64,000 nt of DNA from an uncultured Candidatus Saccharibacteria bacterium (GCA_964600985.1 CAZRJR010000001.1:399431-463430); one strand, 5' to 3'; shown: positions 47,172-57,286, counted from the stretch's first letter. Program-made: numbers and translations. Notes: generated by a model not told the origin, from the sequence alone.

Positions 47172-50108
47172 TTAGGACTTGCGGAGGCTAATGCGCAACT
47201 CGCTACCTTCTACCTTTGCAGTGGTAGCGATATAGTCATCGGGTAAAGCTTTGGCTTTTACCTGTAAATCCGTAGCCAATACTTCTGCCCGAATGGTGTC
47301 AGCGTGCTCTTTAGCAGCCTGGACAATGTCTTCATCATCAGCACCAAGCACCAGCTCTATACGGTCACTCACTTCCAAATCAGCCTGCTTGCGGGCATTT
47401 TGGACTACGCGGACTATGTCACGCATAATTCCTTCGCGCTTCAGTTCTGGTGTTACTATGGTACTGAGCTCCACTGATTGACCACCAACCACCGCTTTTA
47501 CGTTTACTTCGTCACGAATAATCTCAAGGTAATCTTCACTCAGCTCATCACCATGCGGAACCTTGAGTTCGCTAAGCGGCTGTCGCACCTTTATGTTGGC
47601 TTCGGCCCTAAGTGCTAAGGCTTCTTTTATGCTTTCACGTACCAACGACATTTGCTCGAGTACGCCGTCGTCTACCTTGATAGCCTCTGGCCAGTCACTC
47701 AAATGCACCGAGCTTGGCAGTCTGTCTAGGCCAACTGTTAGCTCGCGCCATACATAGTCACTTACAAACGGTGCCCAAGGTGCTAGTAGCTGACACACGC
47801 GCACTAATGCGTACCACAGCACCTCATAAGCCTGCTGCTTGTCGCTATCGTCGTCACTCTTCCAGAACCGTCTACGTGACCGGCGAATATACCAGTTACT
47901 CATGTCATCCATAAGCGTAAGTATTGGAGCTATAGCATGGGCAATTTGGTAATTATCAGCCTCACGGGTAACCTCGATAATGGTTTCGTCAAGCCGCGCG
48001 AGCATCCAGGCATCGAGCACGTTTGTGCTTGTTGGCCGCTCACCTGGCTTGGCAGGCACAAATGTGTCGAGCTGAGCGTACATACTAAAGAACTTCTGAG
48101 AGTTTAGGAGTGTGGAAAGCACATTACGCTGCATGTCACGCATACTGTCACGGCTAAATCGTAGGTATTCCGCCGTTTCGCTCGCTTGGTGACTCGAGAG
48201 CAAATACAAGCGCAAGCTATCGGCACCCTCTGAGTCGAACACTTCTTCAACCGGCGGGTAGTTCTTGAGTCGCTTGCTTAGCTTTTGGCCATCGGCCGCC
48301 ATAATCATGCCGTTTACGACTACGTTTTTGTACGCTGGCGCATTAAACAGAATGGTATTCATTACATGCTGAACATAGAACCACAGCCGCGTCTGGTCTA
48401 AACCCTCGATAATAAAGTCCGCCGGAAAGCTCCTTTCGAACGCTTCTTTATTCTCAAACGGGTAGTGATGCTGGGCAATACTCATAACACCACTCTCGAA
48501 CCAACAATCCAACACTTCCTCGACCCGCCGATATGTTTTGCCGTCGCGCACAATTTCTACGTTATCAATCAGTGGCCGGTGTACGTCAGTTGTATCCAGA
48601 TCGTTATTACCTGCTAATTCGCGTAGCTGATCGTAGCTCTCCACAACAATGTAGTCATTGCTGTCTTCGGTATTCACCCAGATCGGCAGTGGTGCACCCC
48701 AGTAACGATTACGGCTGATTGCCCAATCCCTCGCACCCTCGAGCCACTTACCAAATCGGCCATTCTTTATATGCGCCGGGGTCCAGTTGATCTGTTCGGC
48801 GGTTTTTAGTAACTGAGGTCGAATCTCAGATACCTTAATAAACCAGCTCGAAATCGCGTAGTACATGAGTGGCGTTTCGCAACGCCAGCAGAAAGGATAG
48901 GTGTGCTCTTTGGTCTCGGCTACATACACCAAGCCCAACTGAGTGAGGTGTTCGATTATAAGCTTGTCAGCACCCTTAAAGAACTTACCGCTTAATGCGT
49001 CAACGCCAGTGTTATTCGTAATCTTACCGCTCGCATCGGCAGTTTGTAGTACCGGAATACCCTCTTGTAAGCCTAAATTAAGATCATCTTCGCCAAAGGC
49101 CGGCGCTACGTGCAACACACCAGTACCATCTTCTATACTCACAAACTCCGCTGGCCATACTTGGTAGAGCTTTTCCCCGCCCTCTACTTTTTCGATGTCG
49201 CTCAAGCTAAATACCGGCTCGTACTTGAGCCCAACTAAATCAGCACCTGCTAACTCCTTAACCACCGTGTAATTATCATGCCCCAGCGCTTCGAGGCGCT
49301 TTTTGGCAAGCACCAACACTTCACCGGCTGGATTATTGTCATAATCAGTGGTCAGTTTGGCATACACATACCTCTCCTGCGGATGCACGGCAATGGCTGC
49401 ATTACCTGGCAAGCTCCAAGGTGTAGTGGTCCAGCCTAACAAATACGCTTCGTCGTCTACAAGCTTAAACTTCACATACAGGCTTGGGTCTGGCACATTG
49501 TCTTTATAGCCATCATTCACTTCAAAGTTCGAAAGTGGTGTTTCGCAGCGCGGGCAGTACGGGGTACTTTTATAACCCTTATATAAGAGGCCTTTTTTGT
49601 GCACCTGGCTCAAAGCCCACCACACACTCTCGGTATAGTTATTATCAACCGTAGCATAGTAGTTATCGTACTCACTCCACCGGCCCAGACGTTTGAGCAA
49701 GTGCTCCCACTCATCTTTATAGGTAAAGATCGAGTCCCGGCAGGCGGCATTAAACTTTCCTAATCCTAGCTCGAGGATTTGCTTTTTACCACTCACTCCA
49801 AACTGCTTCTCGATCGCAAACTCTACGGGCAAACCATGGCAGTCCCAGCCGTTACGGCGTGGTACATAGTAGCCGCGCATAGTTTTATAACGCAGCATGG
49901 AGTCCTTTATGCTCGTAACCAATGAGTGGCCAAAGTGCGGCAGACCATTAGCAAACGGCGGCCCATCGAAGAAGCTATAGGTAGGTTTGCCTTCACGCTG
50001 TTTGATTGATTGCGCAAAGGTGTCTTCCTGTTGCCAAGTAGCTAAAATCTGCTCCTCTATCTGAGCAAATTGCGACTTTTGATTGGCTTGTGGTTTGTTG
50101 TTTGTCAC
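47172..50108 (-). CDS. ileS: isoleucyl-tRNA synthetase
   Basis: 978 aa. HIGH (PFANGLPHFGH) and KMSKS (KLSKRL) motifs, CP1 editing domain. GTG start with AAGGAT 7 nt upstream. Confidence 0.95.
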   Translation of the reverse strand: MTNNKPQANQKSQFAQIEEQILATWQQEDTFAQSIKQREGKPTYSFFDGPPFANGLPHFGHSLVTSIKDSMLRYKTMRGYYVPRRNGWDCHGLPVEFAIEKQFGVSGKKQILELGLGKFNAACRDSIFTYKDEWEHLLKRLGRWSEYDNYYATVDNNYTESVWWALSQVHKKGLLYKGYKSTPYCPRCETPLSNFEVNDGYKDNVPDPSLYVKFKLVDDEAYLLGWTTTPWSLPGNAAIAVHPQERYVYAKLTTDYDNNPAGEVLVLAKKRLEALGHDNYTVVKELAGADLVGLKYEPVFSLSDIEKVEGGEKLYQVWPAEFVSIEDGTGVLHVAPAFGEDDLNLGLQEGIPVLQTADASGKITNNTGVDALSGKFFKGADKLIIEHLTQLGLVYVAETKEHTYPFCWRCETPLMYYAISSWFIKVSEIRPQLLKTAEQINWTPAHIKNGRFGKWLEGARDWAISRNRYWGAPLPIWVNTEDSNDYIVVESYDQLRELAGNNDLDTTDVHRPLIDNVEIVRDGKTYRRVEEVLDCWFESGVMSIAQHHYPFENKEAFERSFPADFIIEGLDQTRLWFYVQHVMNTILFNAPAYKNVVVNGMIMAADGQKLSKRLKNYPPVEEVFDSEGADSLRLYLLSSHQASETAEYLRFSRDSMRDMQRNVLSTLLNSQKFFSMYAQLDTFVPAKPGERPTSTNVLDAWMLARLDETIIEVTREADNYQIAHAIAPILTLMDDMSNWYIRRSRRRFWKSDDDSDKQQAYEVLWYALVRVCQLLAPWAPFVSDYVWRELTVGLDRLPSSVHLSDWPEAIKVDDGVLEQMSLVRESIKEALALRAEANIKVRQPLSELKVPHGDELSEDYLEIIRDEVNVKAVVGGQSVELSTIVTPELKREGIMRDIVRVVQNARKQADLEVSDRIELVLGADDEDIVQAAKEHADTIRAEVLATDLQVKAKALPDDYIATTAKVEGSELRISLRKS

Positions 50109-50340
50109 TGTTTGATCCTTAATCCGTTCCTATATAACACAAATACCTCTTTCGGTTGTTGGAATCCCAGCTTGCGCTAGGACGGTACCATCCAACTTCC
50201 AAAAGAGGCATCTCTTTGGCTCTTAGTTTAGGCTATTACGGGCTCCCCGCCGAGTTCTACTTGGCATTGCGCCGTTCTTCTCGATTGCTTCGTGGTTGAT
50301 AGCCACTCATTTGCCTTGATTTAGACAAAACGCATCTAGC
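50109..50340 (-). promoter_or_regulatory. putative T-box riboswitch leader of ileS (ultrashort stem I type)
   Basis: The minus-strand leader contains AGUUGGAUGGUACCGUCC (plus 50182-50193), which matches the T-box core GGGUGGUACCGCG at 11 of 13 positions. There is a 14/16-bp terminator-type helix, CUCUUUUGGAAGUUGG with CCAACAACCGAAAGAG, followed by UAUUUGUGUU. Upstream is a hairpin GUGG-CUAUCAA-CCAC (plus 50291-50305) whose terminal loop carries the Ile codon AUC plus A. Confidence 0.5.
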
Positions 50341-50342
50341 AC

Positions 50343-50371
50343 AAATATACCACGCAATAGGATATATATCA
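50343..50371 (-). promoter_or_regulatory. ileS promoter (TTGATA-N17-TATATT)
   Basis: Minus strand -35 at 50371-50366 and -10 at 50348-50343. This gives a leader of about 225 nt. Confidence 0.4.
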
Positions 50372-50403
50372 ATATGAGAGCTACCTCATATCTACTGCAA
50401 AGC

Positions 50404-50436
50404 AAGGCCCCGACGGAGTCGAAACCTCGCCGGGGA
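50404..50436 (-). terminator. hairpin terminator downstream of the hypothetical gene 50466..51161
   Basis: On the minus strand, CCCCGGCG-AGGUUUCGACUC-CGUCGGGG (an 8-bp stem including one G-U pair) followed by CCUUGCUUUGCAG. It starts 30 nt after the stop codon. Confidence 0.4.
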
Positions 50437-50465
50437 CTGGAACTATTATTGAGTGGCGGGCAGCG

Positions 50466-51161
50466 CTACCGACCCGGCAAAAGCTGTACCCGCCTCATGG
50501 ACACGACGGAAAGCCGGAACCTTCCACATTCTGCCCTACACCATGCTTCTGCCGCACGCCGGTTGAAAGCAAAAACCACAAATGTAATAGCTGCGACTTT
50601 TACTTCGGATTGATTTTGCGGCCTCGACGGGTCAACATTGTGGATCGTGGCAGCATTCTGGAGGTCTGAGAGTGACGGCGGGTACAGCGGGTGACGTACA
50701 CGCACCTCAATGTGATATTCGTTCATCAGCCCCGACCTGGGCAATCTGTCATTCGGGTTAAGGAACTCTACGGTACCCCTATTTGTAGTCAAGCTAATCA
50801 CACCGCCTCTTAGCTGAGGTTCACTCCAGGATATATTAAACCTCCGCAACTTCTCGCCCTTCGGCCAAAACGTCCAGGGTGTTTGGTTACCCCCCTTAAA
50901 AGCCGTCCAGGCGAGCTCGACTACGAGATCCTCCCCGTCAATTGAGAGCTTACTGATCGGACCCCGTACCATCGAGGATGAAGAGGACTTGAACAGGAAG
51001 TCACGACCTGGATATTGCCCTCCTTCGGCCTCAATCCATTGATTCCAGGCAGTGATGTTGGCTTCCTGGTACGCACCTGTACCCATGATGTAGCAACCCT
51101 TCTGTCGCTGTTGGGCCTCCTTGGCCACAATTATTGTCACGCCTATAGTTGTTAATTTCAA
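50466..51161 (-). CDS. hypothetical protein
   Basis: 231-aa ORF. Plausible internal start MGTGAYQEANITAWNQW at 51086. No recognisable family. The 5' end is divergent from and overlaps the pyk upstream region. Confidence 0.4.
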   Translation of the reverse strand: MKLTTIGVTIIVAKEAQQRQKGCYIMGTGAYQEANITAWNQWIEAEGGQYPGRDFLFKSSSSSMVRGPISKLSIDGEDLVVELAWTAFKGGNQTPWTFWPKGEKLRRFNISWSEPQLRGGVISLTTNRGTVEFLNPNDRLPRSGLMNEYHIEVRVRHPLYPPSLSDLQNAATIHNVDPSRPQNQSEVKVAAITFVVFAFNRRAAEAWCRAECGRFRLSVVSMRRVQLLPGR

Positions 51162-51187
51162 GCATAACTAACAACGTATGCAAATTT

Positions 51188-52702
51188 ATGAGTCAAGATA
51201 CCATAAGCTTTACGGCTTGGGGCTTAGCCAGCTACAATGAATACATGAAGCGTGACGCGTCGAGATTCAAAAAAACCAAAATCATCGCCACCATAGGGCC
51301 GGCTAGTGAAGATAAAATCGAAGAGCTCCTGGCAGCCGGAGTAAATGGTATTCGCCTCAACTTCTCGCACGGCACTCACGCCGAACATCGTGCCAAACTC
51401 AAAGCTGCGCGCGCTGCTGCCAAAAAGCTCGGCCGCAGCGTCGCCATTATCCAAGACTTGTCCGGCCCCAAAATCCGCCTAGGTGAGCTACCCAAGGCCG
51501 GGGTAACCATAAAAAAGGGTGAGACACTCCACCTTGGCTTTGATGCTAACTATAATGAGCTTAGCATCCTGCCGACTCAGTACGATTTTGCCAGCGAAGT
51601 AAAGATTGGCGAGCATTTATACTTACGTGACGGTCAGATTAAAACCATCATAACCAAGGTAGCTGGCGGAATTGTGAGTGTAAAAGCACTCAATGCGGGT
51701 ACCATCCTCTCCAACCACGGCATCAACCTACCCGATACGATATTCAAAAGCTCCGTACTCACCCCTAAGGATCTAGCTGACGTTCGCTTTGCCTTAACGG
51801 AAGACGTAGATTATGTAGCGCTGTCCTTCGTCCAAAACGCCAAGACTATTCAAGAGCTCCAAGCAATCCTAAAGCGTGGCAAAAGCAAGGCTAAGATCAT
51901 TACCAAGGTCGAAACCAACCCGGCAGTAGAGAACCTAGAAGGCATCGTAGCCGCCAGCGACGCGGTAATGATTGCGCGAGGAGACTTGGGTGTAGAAATT
52001 GGTGCTGAGAATGTGCCCATCGTTGGGCGTGAAATTATCGAACTTGCTAAGCAGCATAAAAAGCCCGTGATTATGGCTACGCAGATGTTAGAGAGTATGA
52101 TGACATCTACTGAGCCATCGCGCGCCGAAGCAAACGACGTGTCTACCGCTGTGCTTTTAGGGGTAGATTCGGTAATGCTCTCGGGTGAGACTGCCATAGG
52201 GCAGTTCCCCCTTGAAACGGTCAAGATGATGAAGAAGATTATATTAAAGGCCGAGGAATATAATTTAAGTTCGCAAAACACACAAGCCCACGACAGCATT
52301 ACCCTAACGTTTAAGCGTGCTGAGCGCCCAACCGACACCCCAGCACCAACCGATACACAAACAAGCATTGCCCTAGCAGCCATTACCCTAACTGAGCAGA
52401 TTGGTGCCAAGGTAATCCTGGCTGAAACTTTGAGCGGTGCAACTGCGCGTAACATATCGAGCCTTCGGCCTAGCACACCAATAATTATGGCCACCCCTGA
52501 TAGCAAGACATATAATCAACTGGCTATTGTATGGGGCGGTAAGTCGTTCTTGGTTCCAGATCAGCAAAAAATTAGTCGCCTGGTGCTCGATGAGCTTCGA
52601 GCCCGTGGTAATCTCAAAAAGGGTGATTTGGTAGTGAGTGCCTTTGGCCAGCAATACGGTATTACCGGCGGAACTGACACTATTCGCTTACTCCAAGCGT
52701 AA
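51188..52702 (+). CDS. pyk: pyruvate kinase
   Basis: KKTKIIATIGPAS, MIARGDLGVE and MLSGETA motifs. Start at ATG 51188 or 51245 (MKRDASRFKKTKIIATIGP). Confidence 0.9.
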   Translation: MSQDTISFTAWGLASYNEYMKRDASRFKKTKIIATIGPASEDKIEELLAAGVNGIRLNFSHGTHAEHRAKLKAARAAAKKLGRSVAIIQDLSGPKIRLGELPKAGVTIKKGETLHLGFDANYNELSILPTQYDFASEVKIGEHLYLRDGQIKTIITKVAGGIVSVKALNAGTILSNHGINLPDTIFKSSVLTPKDLADVRFALTEDVDYVALSFVQNAKTIQELQAILKRGKSKAKIITKVETNPAVENLEGIVAASDAVMIARGDLGVEIGAENVPIVGREIIELAKQHKKPVIMATQMLESMMTSTEPSRAEANDVSTAVLLGVDSVMLSGETAIGQFPLETVKMMKKIILKAEEYNLSSQNTQAHDSITLTFKRAERPTDTPAPTDTQTSIALAAITLTEQIGAKVILAETLSGATARNISSLRPSTPIIMATPDSKTYNQLAIVWGGKSFLVPDQQKISRLVLDELRARGNLKKGDLVVSAFGQQYGITGGTDTIRLLQA

Positions 52703-52771
52703 GTCAAAATCGCAATTGAACATAGATTTATGAACGAATACTAAAGTTGTTCGATATATGGTATCTACAGA

Positions 52772-52999
52772 TTATAGACCACTATGTACCCAGTGCGAAA
52801 CTTCTGAAGTTGCGGGTGTTTTACCTTGCCATAATTGGACTATCGAACCGTCATCTTGTACCACTATATGGGCTGGGAATTCTACTATTCCATATAACTC
52901 GGCGTAGTGTTGGCCTAGTATAGAGTCTGGGCTACACACAATCGTCTGCTTTTGATCAACCGAAGGCTGCTGGTCTCGCGACAGAATAATAAGCTTCAT
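52772..52999 (-). pseudogene. thioredoxin-fold (TlpA/redoxin-like) C-terminal remnant, 75 aa
   Basis: FPAHIVVQDDGSIVQLWQG resembles the redoxin C-terminal P-x-T/A-F-LID-x-DG-x-I motif. The whole CxxC-bearing N-terminal half is missing, and the ANT-like gene ends 43 nt upstream. Confidence 0.3.
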
Positions 53000-53041
53000 A
53001 ACATAAGTATAACAGAATCACCCCTAAACAATATTTCTAAG

Positions 53042-53845
53042 CTAATGTTGTTGCCTCGCTCTTCGCGCTACAACGCTACCTATAGTGTTGAGAATGTTAC
53101 AAATTTGTTGTTTGTCACTGGTTGGGTTTAAAGCCAGACTTAAAGCCTGCCTCATAGCCATGCTTTCTTCTGTAAAATGCCGAGAAAATCCCACCCAACA
53201 CGGGTAAAGATCACGAGTATAACCCTGTTCTCTCTCCATAACGAGCTCATAACCCGTCCTTACTAACCGCTTCATTATCCATCGACACTTCTTTTTTGTT
53301 GCCTCCGGGCTCAACATGGGCAGATCAGAAACAAGTCCTTGAATTTCTGCCTCTAATTGAGAGGAATGTACCTTGAGACTATCTCCTAGTTTGTAACTTG
53401 GTAGCTTAGGGATAATATCTGCTCCCCAAACACAAACTGATTGGGTTTTTATTACAAACCTATACCACTGTGTGCTTTCATTGTTCAACTGAAGTACCTC
53501 ATCGAACTCCAAAATTTCCATCTCAGCGCCATCTGCAAACTGATATCTTTGTCGAAATTCCTTTAGTACTGTGCTTTTCCAGGTAAGTTCAGTAGCGTTT
53601 GGCATATAGTGAACAAGTGCAATCGTATCAATATCCGAAACCCCTTCCGCGGCCTGACCTTTGGCAACGGAACCTCTCACATAAACAGCGCTCAAATTAT
53701 CACCGAGATACTTAATGTACTGATCGGTCAGGTAGCCTACTGCCGTTTTCCACGGCGAAACAATCTTGTCCTTACTTGCCACTCGCACTATATTACCAGC
53801 GTTATCTACTGGCAAAACACTACCTATAGGATGAATGTCTATCAT
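53042..53845 (-). CDS. AadA/ANT(3'')(9)-like nucleotidyltransferase (NTase domain plus DUF4111-like C-terminus)
   Basis: YVRGSVAKGQAAEGVSDIDTIALV aligns with AadA HLYGSAVDGGLKPHSDIDLLV (G-S...D-x-D). C-terminal WIMKRLVRTGYELVMEREQGYTRDLY aligns with AadA WAMERLPAQYQPVILEARQAYLG. Confidence 0.55.
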   Translation of the reverse strand: MIDIHPIGSVLPVDNAGNIVRVASKDKIVSPWKTAVGYLTDQYIKYLGDNLSAVYVRGSVAKGQAAEGVSDIDTIALVHYMPNATELTWKSTVLKEFRQRYQFADGAEMEILEFDEVLQLNNESTQWYRFVIKTQSVCVWGADIIPKLPSYKLGDSLKVHSSQLEAEIQGLVSDLPMLSPEATKKKCRWIMKRLVRTGYELVMEREQGYTRDLYPCWVGFSRHFTEESMAMRQALSLALNPTSDKQQICNILNTIGSVVARRARQQH

Positions 53846-53872
53846 AAACCCAAGTATACCAAATGTGACGCG

Positions 53873-54343
53873 TCACTCAGCACGTTTCTTGGCCTGCTCC
53901 TTAAGTCGATTAAGCTCTGTTTCAAAGCTCTCAATATCGGCAAATGACCTGTATACGCTCGCAAACCGTACATAGGCTATGTCATCACGAGCTCGTAACT
54001 TCTCCATAACCAATTCACCAATTACTTCACTCTGAATCTCGTGATCACCGGTCGACTTAAGCTCATGCTCAATAGAGCTGATAATAGCTTCGATCTGGTC
54101 TGCCGACACAGAACGCTTTTCGAAGGCTCTATAAATACCACCGGCTAATTTACTACGATCAAATAGCTCCCGTTCACCATTTTTCTTTACAATAAGCAGA
54201 TGGGCAGCCTCGATGCGCTCATAGGTAGTAAAGCGGTGTTGGCAGCTTAAGCACTCTCGTCGGCGACGGATCACACTCTCATGCTCGACATCACGTGACT
54301 CCAACACACGACTATCTTGCGAGCTACAGCGCGGGCACTTCAT
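53873..54343 (-). CDS. nrdR: transcriptional repressor NrdR
   Basis: MKCPRCSSQDSRVLESRD zinc ribbon plus ATP-cone. 156 aa. Confidence 0.9.
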   Translation of the reverse strand: MKCPRCSSQDSRVLESRDVEHESVIRRRRECLSCQHRFTTYERIEAAHLLIVKKNGERELFDRSKLAGGIYRAFEKRSVSADQIEAIISSIEHELKSTGDHEIQSEVIGELVMEKLRARDDIAYVRFASVYRSFADIESFETELNRLKEQAKKRAE

Positions 54344-54367
54344 ACCTTACCCTCCAAGCCAGTCATA

Positions 54368-55777
54368 TTACATCTTTTTCTTCACAAAGCTTGGTATATC
54401 GTCGTCGCTGTCTCGGTCAAGTTTAACTCCCTGACGCAAATACGCAGGTTTATCGAGGTCGTCCTCGTCACCACTAAATCCTGCTGTGCGTTCAATAATC
54501 GGCTGACTAGGCACCTCGACCTTCACAGGCTGAGCAGGGCGTGGCTCGTCTCGGGCTTTAGTCTCCTCGATTGGTTCTTCTAGATCAAAGCCAGTTACTG
54601 GGTCGTCCATAATTGTCTTAGGAGCCTCTGGCTCCGCCTTTACAAGCGGCTCGACATCGTCTGAACTAAATACTGGTCGTGGCTGCTCACGAATAAATGG
54701 AATCTCTTCCGGTTCGGGCTCTGGCTCTGGTTCGATGTGTTGTGGTTGGCTATAGGATGGCTGACTGCGATTGTAGCTAGGGGCAAAGCCAGAGAAGGTG
54801 TTAGCCTGGTGAGCAGGAGTGCGATTAGCATCAAATCCCGTAGCCACGAGGGTGACTTTAATTTCGCCCGTGGTATTTTCATCAAGCACGGTACCCCAAA
54901 TAATGTTAGCTTCTGGATCAACAGAATCATGAATAAGCTTGGCTGCCTCCTCGATCTCGTGCATACCCATATCGCGACCACCGGTAAAGTTAATCAATAC
55001 ACCCTTAGCGCCCTGAATTGAAACTTCGAGTAGGGGTGAATCCATAGCCTGCTTAACTGCTTCAACGGCCCGATTGTCTCCCGAGCCGTGGCCTATACCC
55101 ATAAGCGCACTACCAGCGTTGCTCATAATTGACTTTACATCGGCAAAATCGAGGTTCACCAAGCCATTTACTGTAATAAGATCAGAAATGCCCTGCACAC
55201 CCTGGCGCAGTATATTGTCTACCGCCCCAAAGGCGTCTAAAAGCGATGTTTTACGGTCAATAATCTGCAAGATGCGATCATTCGGAATCACAATGAGTGT
55301 ATCTACCTTGTCACGCAGTTCCTCGAGAGCAGCTTCGGCAATCTTGCGCCTACGGTCGCCTTCGAATGCAAATGGCTTAGTCATAATAGCAACGGTAAGA
55401 GCGCCAATTTCCTTAGCAATACGCGCGATTACAGGTGCAGCGCCACTAGCCGTACCACCACCGCAGCCGCCAGTAATGAATACCATTTCACTACCTTTTA
55501 GGGCTGCAAATATATCTTCTTCGCTCTCCTCGGCAGCGATCTTACCCACCTCTGGATTCGCTCCGGCGCCTAGGCCACGAGTAGCTTCTTTGCCAATATG
55601 CACTTTTTTGGTGGCTTGCGAGTAATGAAGTGCTTGCGCGTCAGTATTCACGGCCACAAAATCAATACCACGAATGCTCGACTGAATCATGCGGTTAAGC
55701 GCATTATTGCCACCACCGCCTACGCCAACGACCTTGATACGTGCAAATGTTTCGATGTCCGGACGAATCTCTGCCAT
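54368..55777 (-). CDS. ftsZ: cell division GTPase FtsZ with a long acidic/Pro-rich C-terminal linker
   Basis: GGGTGSG tubulin signature. [10 protein letters not shown] linker and a conserved C-terminal peptide. ATG verified. Confidence 0.95.
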   Translation of the reverse strand: MAEIRPDIETFARIKVVGVGGGGNNALNRMIQSSIRGIDFVAVNTDAQALHYSQATKKVHIGKEATRGLGAGANPEVGKIAAEESEEDIFAALKGSEMVFITGGCGGGTASGAAPVIARIAKEIGALTVAIMTKPFAFEGDRRRKIAEAALEELRDKVDTLIVIPNDRILQIIDRKTSLLDAFGAVDNILRQGVQGISDLITVNGLVNLDFADVKSIMSNAGSALMGIGHGSGDNRAVEAVKQAMDSPLLEVSIQGAKGVLINFTGGRDMGMHEIEEAAKLIHDSVDPEANIIWGTVLDENTTGEIKVTLVATGFDANRTPAHQANTFSGFAPSYNRSQPSYSQPQHIEPEPEPEPEEIPFIREQPRPVFSSDDVEPLVKAEPEAPKTIMDDPVTGFDLEEPIEETKARDEPRPAQPVKVEVPSQPIIERTAGFSGDEDDLDKPAYLRQGVKLDRDSDDDIPSFVKKKM

Positions 55778-56053
55778 GCAGTTCGTACTCCTTATATAAT
55801 TGCGTTCTACTCACTCTGTAGATTTAGTTATCAGGTTGTGAGTAGGGCCTTGTCACACATACCATTACTCATTGGTATAGCAAAAGTATAACCAAGTTAC
55901 TGAATAAATGCAAATAATTTATTCGAATCACCGACCATAAAGTATAGGTATAAATTTTGTGTTCGTTAGATTGAGAAGTGTACTCATGATAGTCCCAAAG
56001 AAAGTATTTTTCGAGCAAGAGTACCGCACTGTAGGGCCGAGCCTGAGGAGAAA

Positions 56054-57286
56054 CTAGGGCAAAAGATTCTTAAAGAAGCGTTTTACCTGATCTACGGTAC
56101 CACCTATGATGGTATTTATACCGCCATGTGTAGCGGGAGCGTGATGCATGTCGACAAGCATAAGGCCAACCGCCGCTGCATAGGCTGGGTCTTTGATTTT
56201 ATCACTTATACCCCCGAATCCGCGTGGAGTCGCAATTGACACCGTGAGTTTAAGTGCGTCCTGGGCAAGCTTGTCTATACCTGGGAGCTTAGCGCCACCG
56301 CCAGTAATAACGGCGCCGCCAGCCAGCATAGAATCCCTACCAGCTTTTCTAAGCTCACCCGAAACCAAAGCTAGAATCTCCTCGCAGCGCGACGATACAA
56401 TCTTATCGACTTCACCGCGACTAACCACTCCGTTGCCACCAAAGTCTGCTAAATCAATTTTGTCGTGCGCCCTTGTTTTATCGGCAAGAGCACTGGCGTG
56501 AGCCAGTTTAAGCTTCTCAGCTACATCGATATTTGTGCGCAATCCGTAGACCATGTCTTTGGTAATGTGATTAGAACCAATTGGTAAAATGGTGGTAAGT
56601 ACAATGCCACCTTCTTCGAAAACAGCAATGCCGGTGGTTTCAGCACCAATATCAATAAGCACTACGCCGAGTTCAAGCTGTCGTTTAGTGAGTACAGCAC
56701 GCGCCGAAGCAAGCGGTACCAGGAGCTGGTCATCGATAGCTATTCCAGCCCGAAACACTGCGTTCGTGAGATTCTTCATGGATGGTGAGGCGGCCGTAAT
56801 AATATGCGTGTCCACCTCTAGCCGCACTCCATTCATACCTACAGGATCGGCCACATTTGTTTGGCCATCAACGGTATAGCTCTTAGGAATAACTTGCAGT
56901 ATTTGTCGATTGCTATCGAGCTGAATAGCTGCAGCAGCCTCCTCGACTCTTACAAGATCTTCGCGCGAAATTTCTCGATCAGCCCTACTTACCGCTATTA
57001 CACCACGAGAGTTCAGACTCTGCACATGAGCCCCATCCACACTAATTGTGGCATGTTCAATTGTCACCCCGCTCATCCGTTCGGCTTCCTCTAGCGCCGA
57101 GGTAATAGACGCCACTGTTTCCTCTATATCCACTACCGTGCCGCGACGTAGTCCCGTAGTAGGCGCCACGCCCAAGCCAATAATGCTTGGCTCAGCCATA
57201 TCATCTTGATGTAAGCCAACCACACAAGCAACCTTGCTTGTGCCGATGTCGAGCCCTACAAATGTTGATTCGTTTTTTGCAGCCAT
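56054..57286 (-). CDS. ftsA: cell division protein FtsA
   Basis: 410 aa, actin-like fold (FVGLDIGTSKV...). ATG verified. Confidence 0.9.
   Translation of the reverse strand: MAAKNESTFVGLDIGTSKVACVVGLHQDDMAEPSIIGLGVAPTTGLRRGTVVDIEETVASITSALEEAERMSGVTIEHATISVDGAHVQSLNSRGVIAVSRADREISREDLVRVEEAAAAIQLDSNRQILQVIPKSYTVDGQTNVADPVGMNGVRLEVDTHIITAASPSMKNLTNAVFRAGIAIDDQLLVPLASARAVLTKRQLELGVVLIDIGAETTGIAVFEEGGIVLTTILPIGSNHITKDMVYGLRTNIDVAEKLKLAHASALADKTRAHDKIDLADFGGNGVVSRGEVDKIVSSRCEEILALVSGELRKAGRDSMLAGGAVITGGGAKLPGIDKLAQDALKLTVSIATPRGFGGISDKIKDPAYAAAVGLMLVDMHHAPATHGGINTIIGGTVDQVKRFFKNLLP

Noticed and set aside
50374-50613. 79-aa + ORF
   Set aside because: It overlaps the ileS promoter/leader region and the 3' end of the minus-strand gene. 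It has mixed GC3 and a Ser/Arg-rich product, and is likely spurious.
50380-50650. GC-rich structured stretch considered as tmRNA, RNase P RNA or SRP RNA
   Set aside because: It has no GGAAAGUCCGG/AGGGCA (RNase P) motif, no tRNA-like 3' end (tmRNA) and no domain IV motif (SRP). It is better explained as the 3' end of the 231-aa gene plus its terminator hairpin.
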